38,737 nucleotides of DNA from Promethearchaeota archaeon (GTDB lineage: Archaea > Asgardarchaeota > Lokiarchaeia > Sigyniarchaeales > SOKP01). Shown in pieces: positions 38,186-38,737 of this stretch. A program made the position numbers and the translations under genes. The stretch spans positions 1-38,737 of the forward strand of contig SDNY01000021.1 in assembly GCA_004524535.1 (NCBI GenBank), read 5' to 3'. Positions within the stretch are counted from its first letter, which is position 1; each line of letters opens with the position of its first letter. The notes below the pieces were generated by a model, which saw nothing but the letters and a program-made list of their open reading frames with translations, had not been told where the DNA came from and did no database searches.

Positions 38186-38689
38186 TTAATCCTTTTCCTC
38201 TAAAATTAAACAATTTTTACAATCACAATGAAATTCAAAGTTAATAGGAACAATATAATCAGTCAAAACGTCCGTTATAACATTAATTATGATTTTTTTA
38301 ACTTCAGCCATACTTCTAAAGTGAAAATTAACAATTTTCTCTATATCTTTAAGTGTAAAGCTCGTTATAAGTAAGCTCACATTATAATCTCCACTAGTTC
38401 GAAAGGCATTAAGCATAAATGGACAAGTTTTAGCGATTTTATAAATCTTTTCGGGTGATTTAGTCTGAATTTCAACTCTGGCAAAGTACATATCAGCAGT
38501 TTTTAAGTTTATACCCGCTTGAAATTGCAATACTCCTATTTCCTCAAGTTTGCGGATTCTCATACCCACTGTGGGCTGAGATCGGTTTACTTTTTTAGCT
38601 ATTTGAGTATGAGTAAGACTAGGTTGGTCTTGAATTAAATTAATAATTTGCTTATCAATCTCATCTATCTTTAATACTTCGGACATCAT
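38186..38689 (-). CDS. Lrp/AsnC family transcriptional regulator
   Basis: IDEIDKQII...IAKKVNRSQPTVGMRIRKLEEIGV helix-turn-helix plus a RAM-like domain. Confidence 0.88.
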   Translation of the reverse strand: MMSEVLKIDEIDKQIINLIQDQPSLTHTQIAKKVNRSQPTVGMRIRKLEEIGVLQFQAGINLKTADMYFARVEIQTKSPEKIYKIAKTCPFMLNAFRTSGDYNVSLLITSFTLKDIEKIVNFHFRSMAEVKKIIINVITDVLTDYIVPINFEFHCDCKNCLILEEKD

Positions 38690-38737
38690 TCTTTTAAATC
38701 ACTTTTCATTTGATATTATTTTATATATAGATATATC

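Noticed and set aside
1-38737. CRISPR array, tRNA, rRNA, IS element or integrase
   Set aside because: No regularly spaced repeats, cloverleaf-like GC-rich segment or recombinase/transposase motifs were recognised by eye

Overview
AT-rich, gene-dense prokaryotic window that looks like an Asgard archaeon, probably Lokiarchaeia. This is an inference from a Rab-like small GTPase, two longin-like domains, a 7-PAS histidine kinase, TATA-like promoters and GGTGA/GGAGG ribosome-binding sites. Most of it is catabolic: four MFS-type transporters, an enolase-superfamily enzyme with a YtcJ-like amidohydrolase, a ROK kinase, a GlcD-like/CCG Fe-S oxidoreductase pair, a split UxaA/SuyAB-like dehydratase, IlvD/Edd, a UroD-family protein, a QueG/RdhA-like protein, two tandem carboxylesterases and a thiolase. 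Accessory modules are interspersed: HEPN-MNT, a GNAT toxin with two DUF1778-like genes, and DUF5678 plus a retropepsin. The most notable structure is a 2.6-kb, integrase-free, three-gene cassette (21037-23353). It lies between two ungapped ~160-bp copies of the whole MFS/ilvD divergent promoter, and its last gene resembles an ADP-ribosyltransferase/RES-fold toxin broken by a single in-frame TAA. Other highlights are an MFS-longin fusion, an SCP2-membrane fusion next to a QueG/RdhA-like reductase, a heat-shock-operator-like palindrome before Hsp20, a probable ATT start codon and a WD40 relic. No rRNA, tRNA, CRISPR array, transposase or integrase was recognised. All family calls come from reading motifs by eye, not from database searches.
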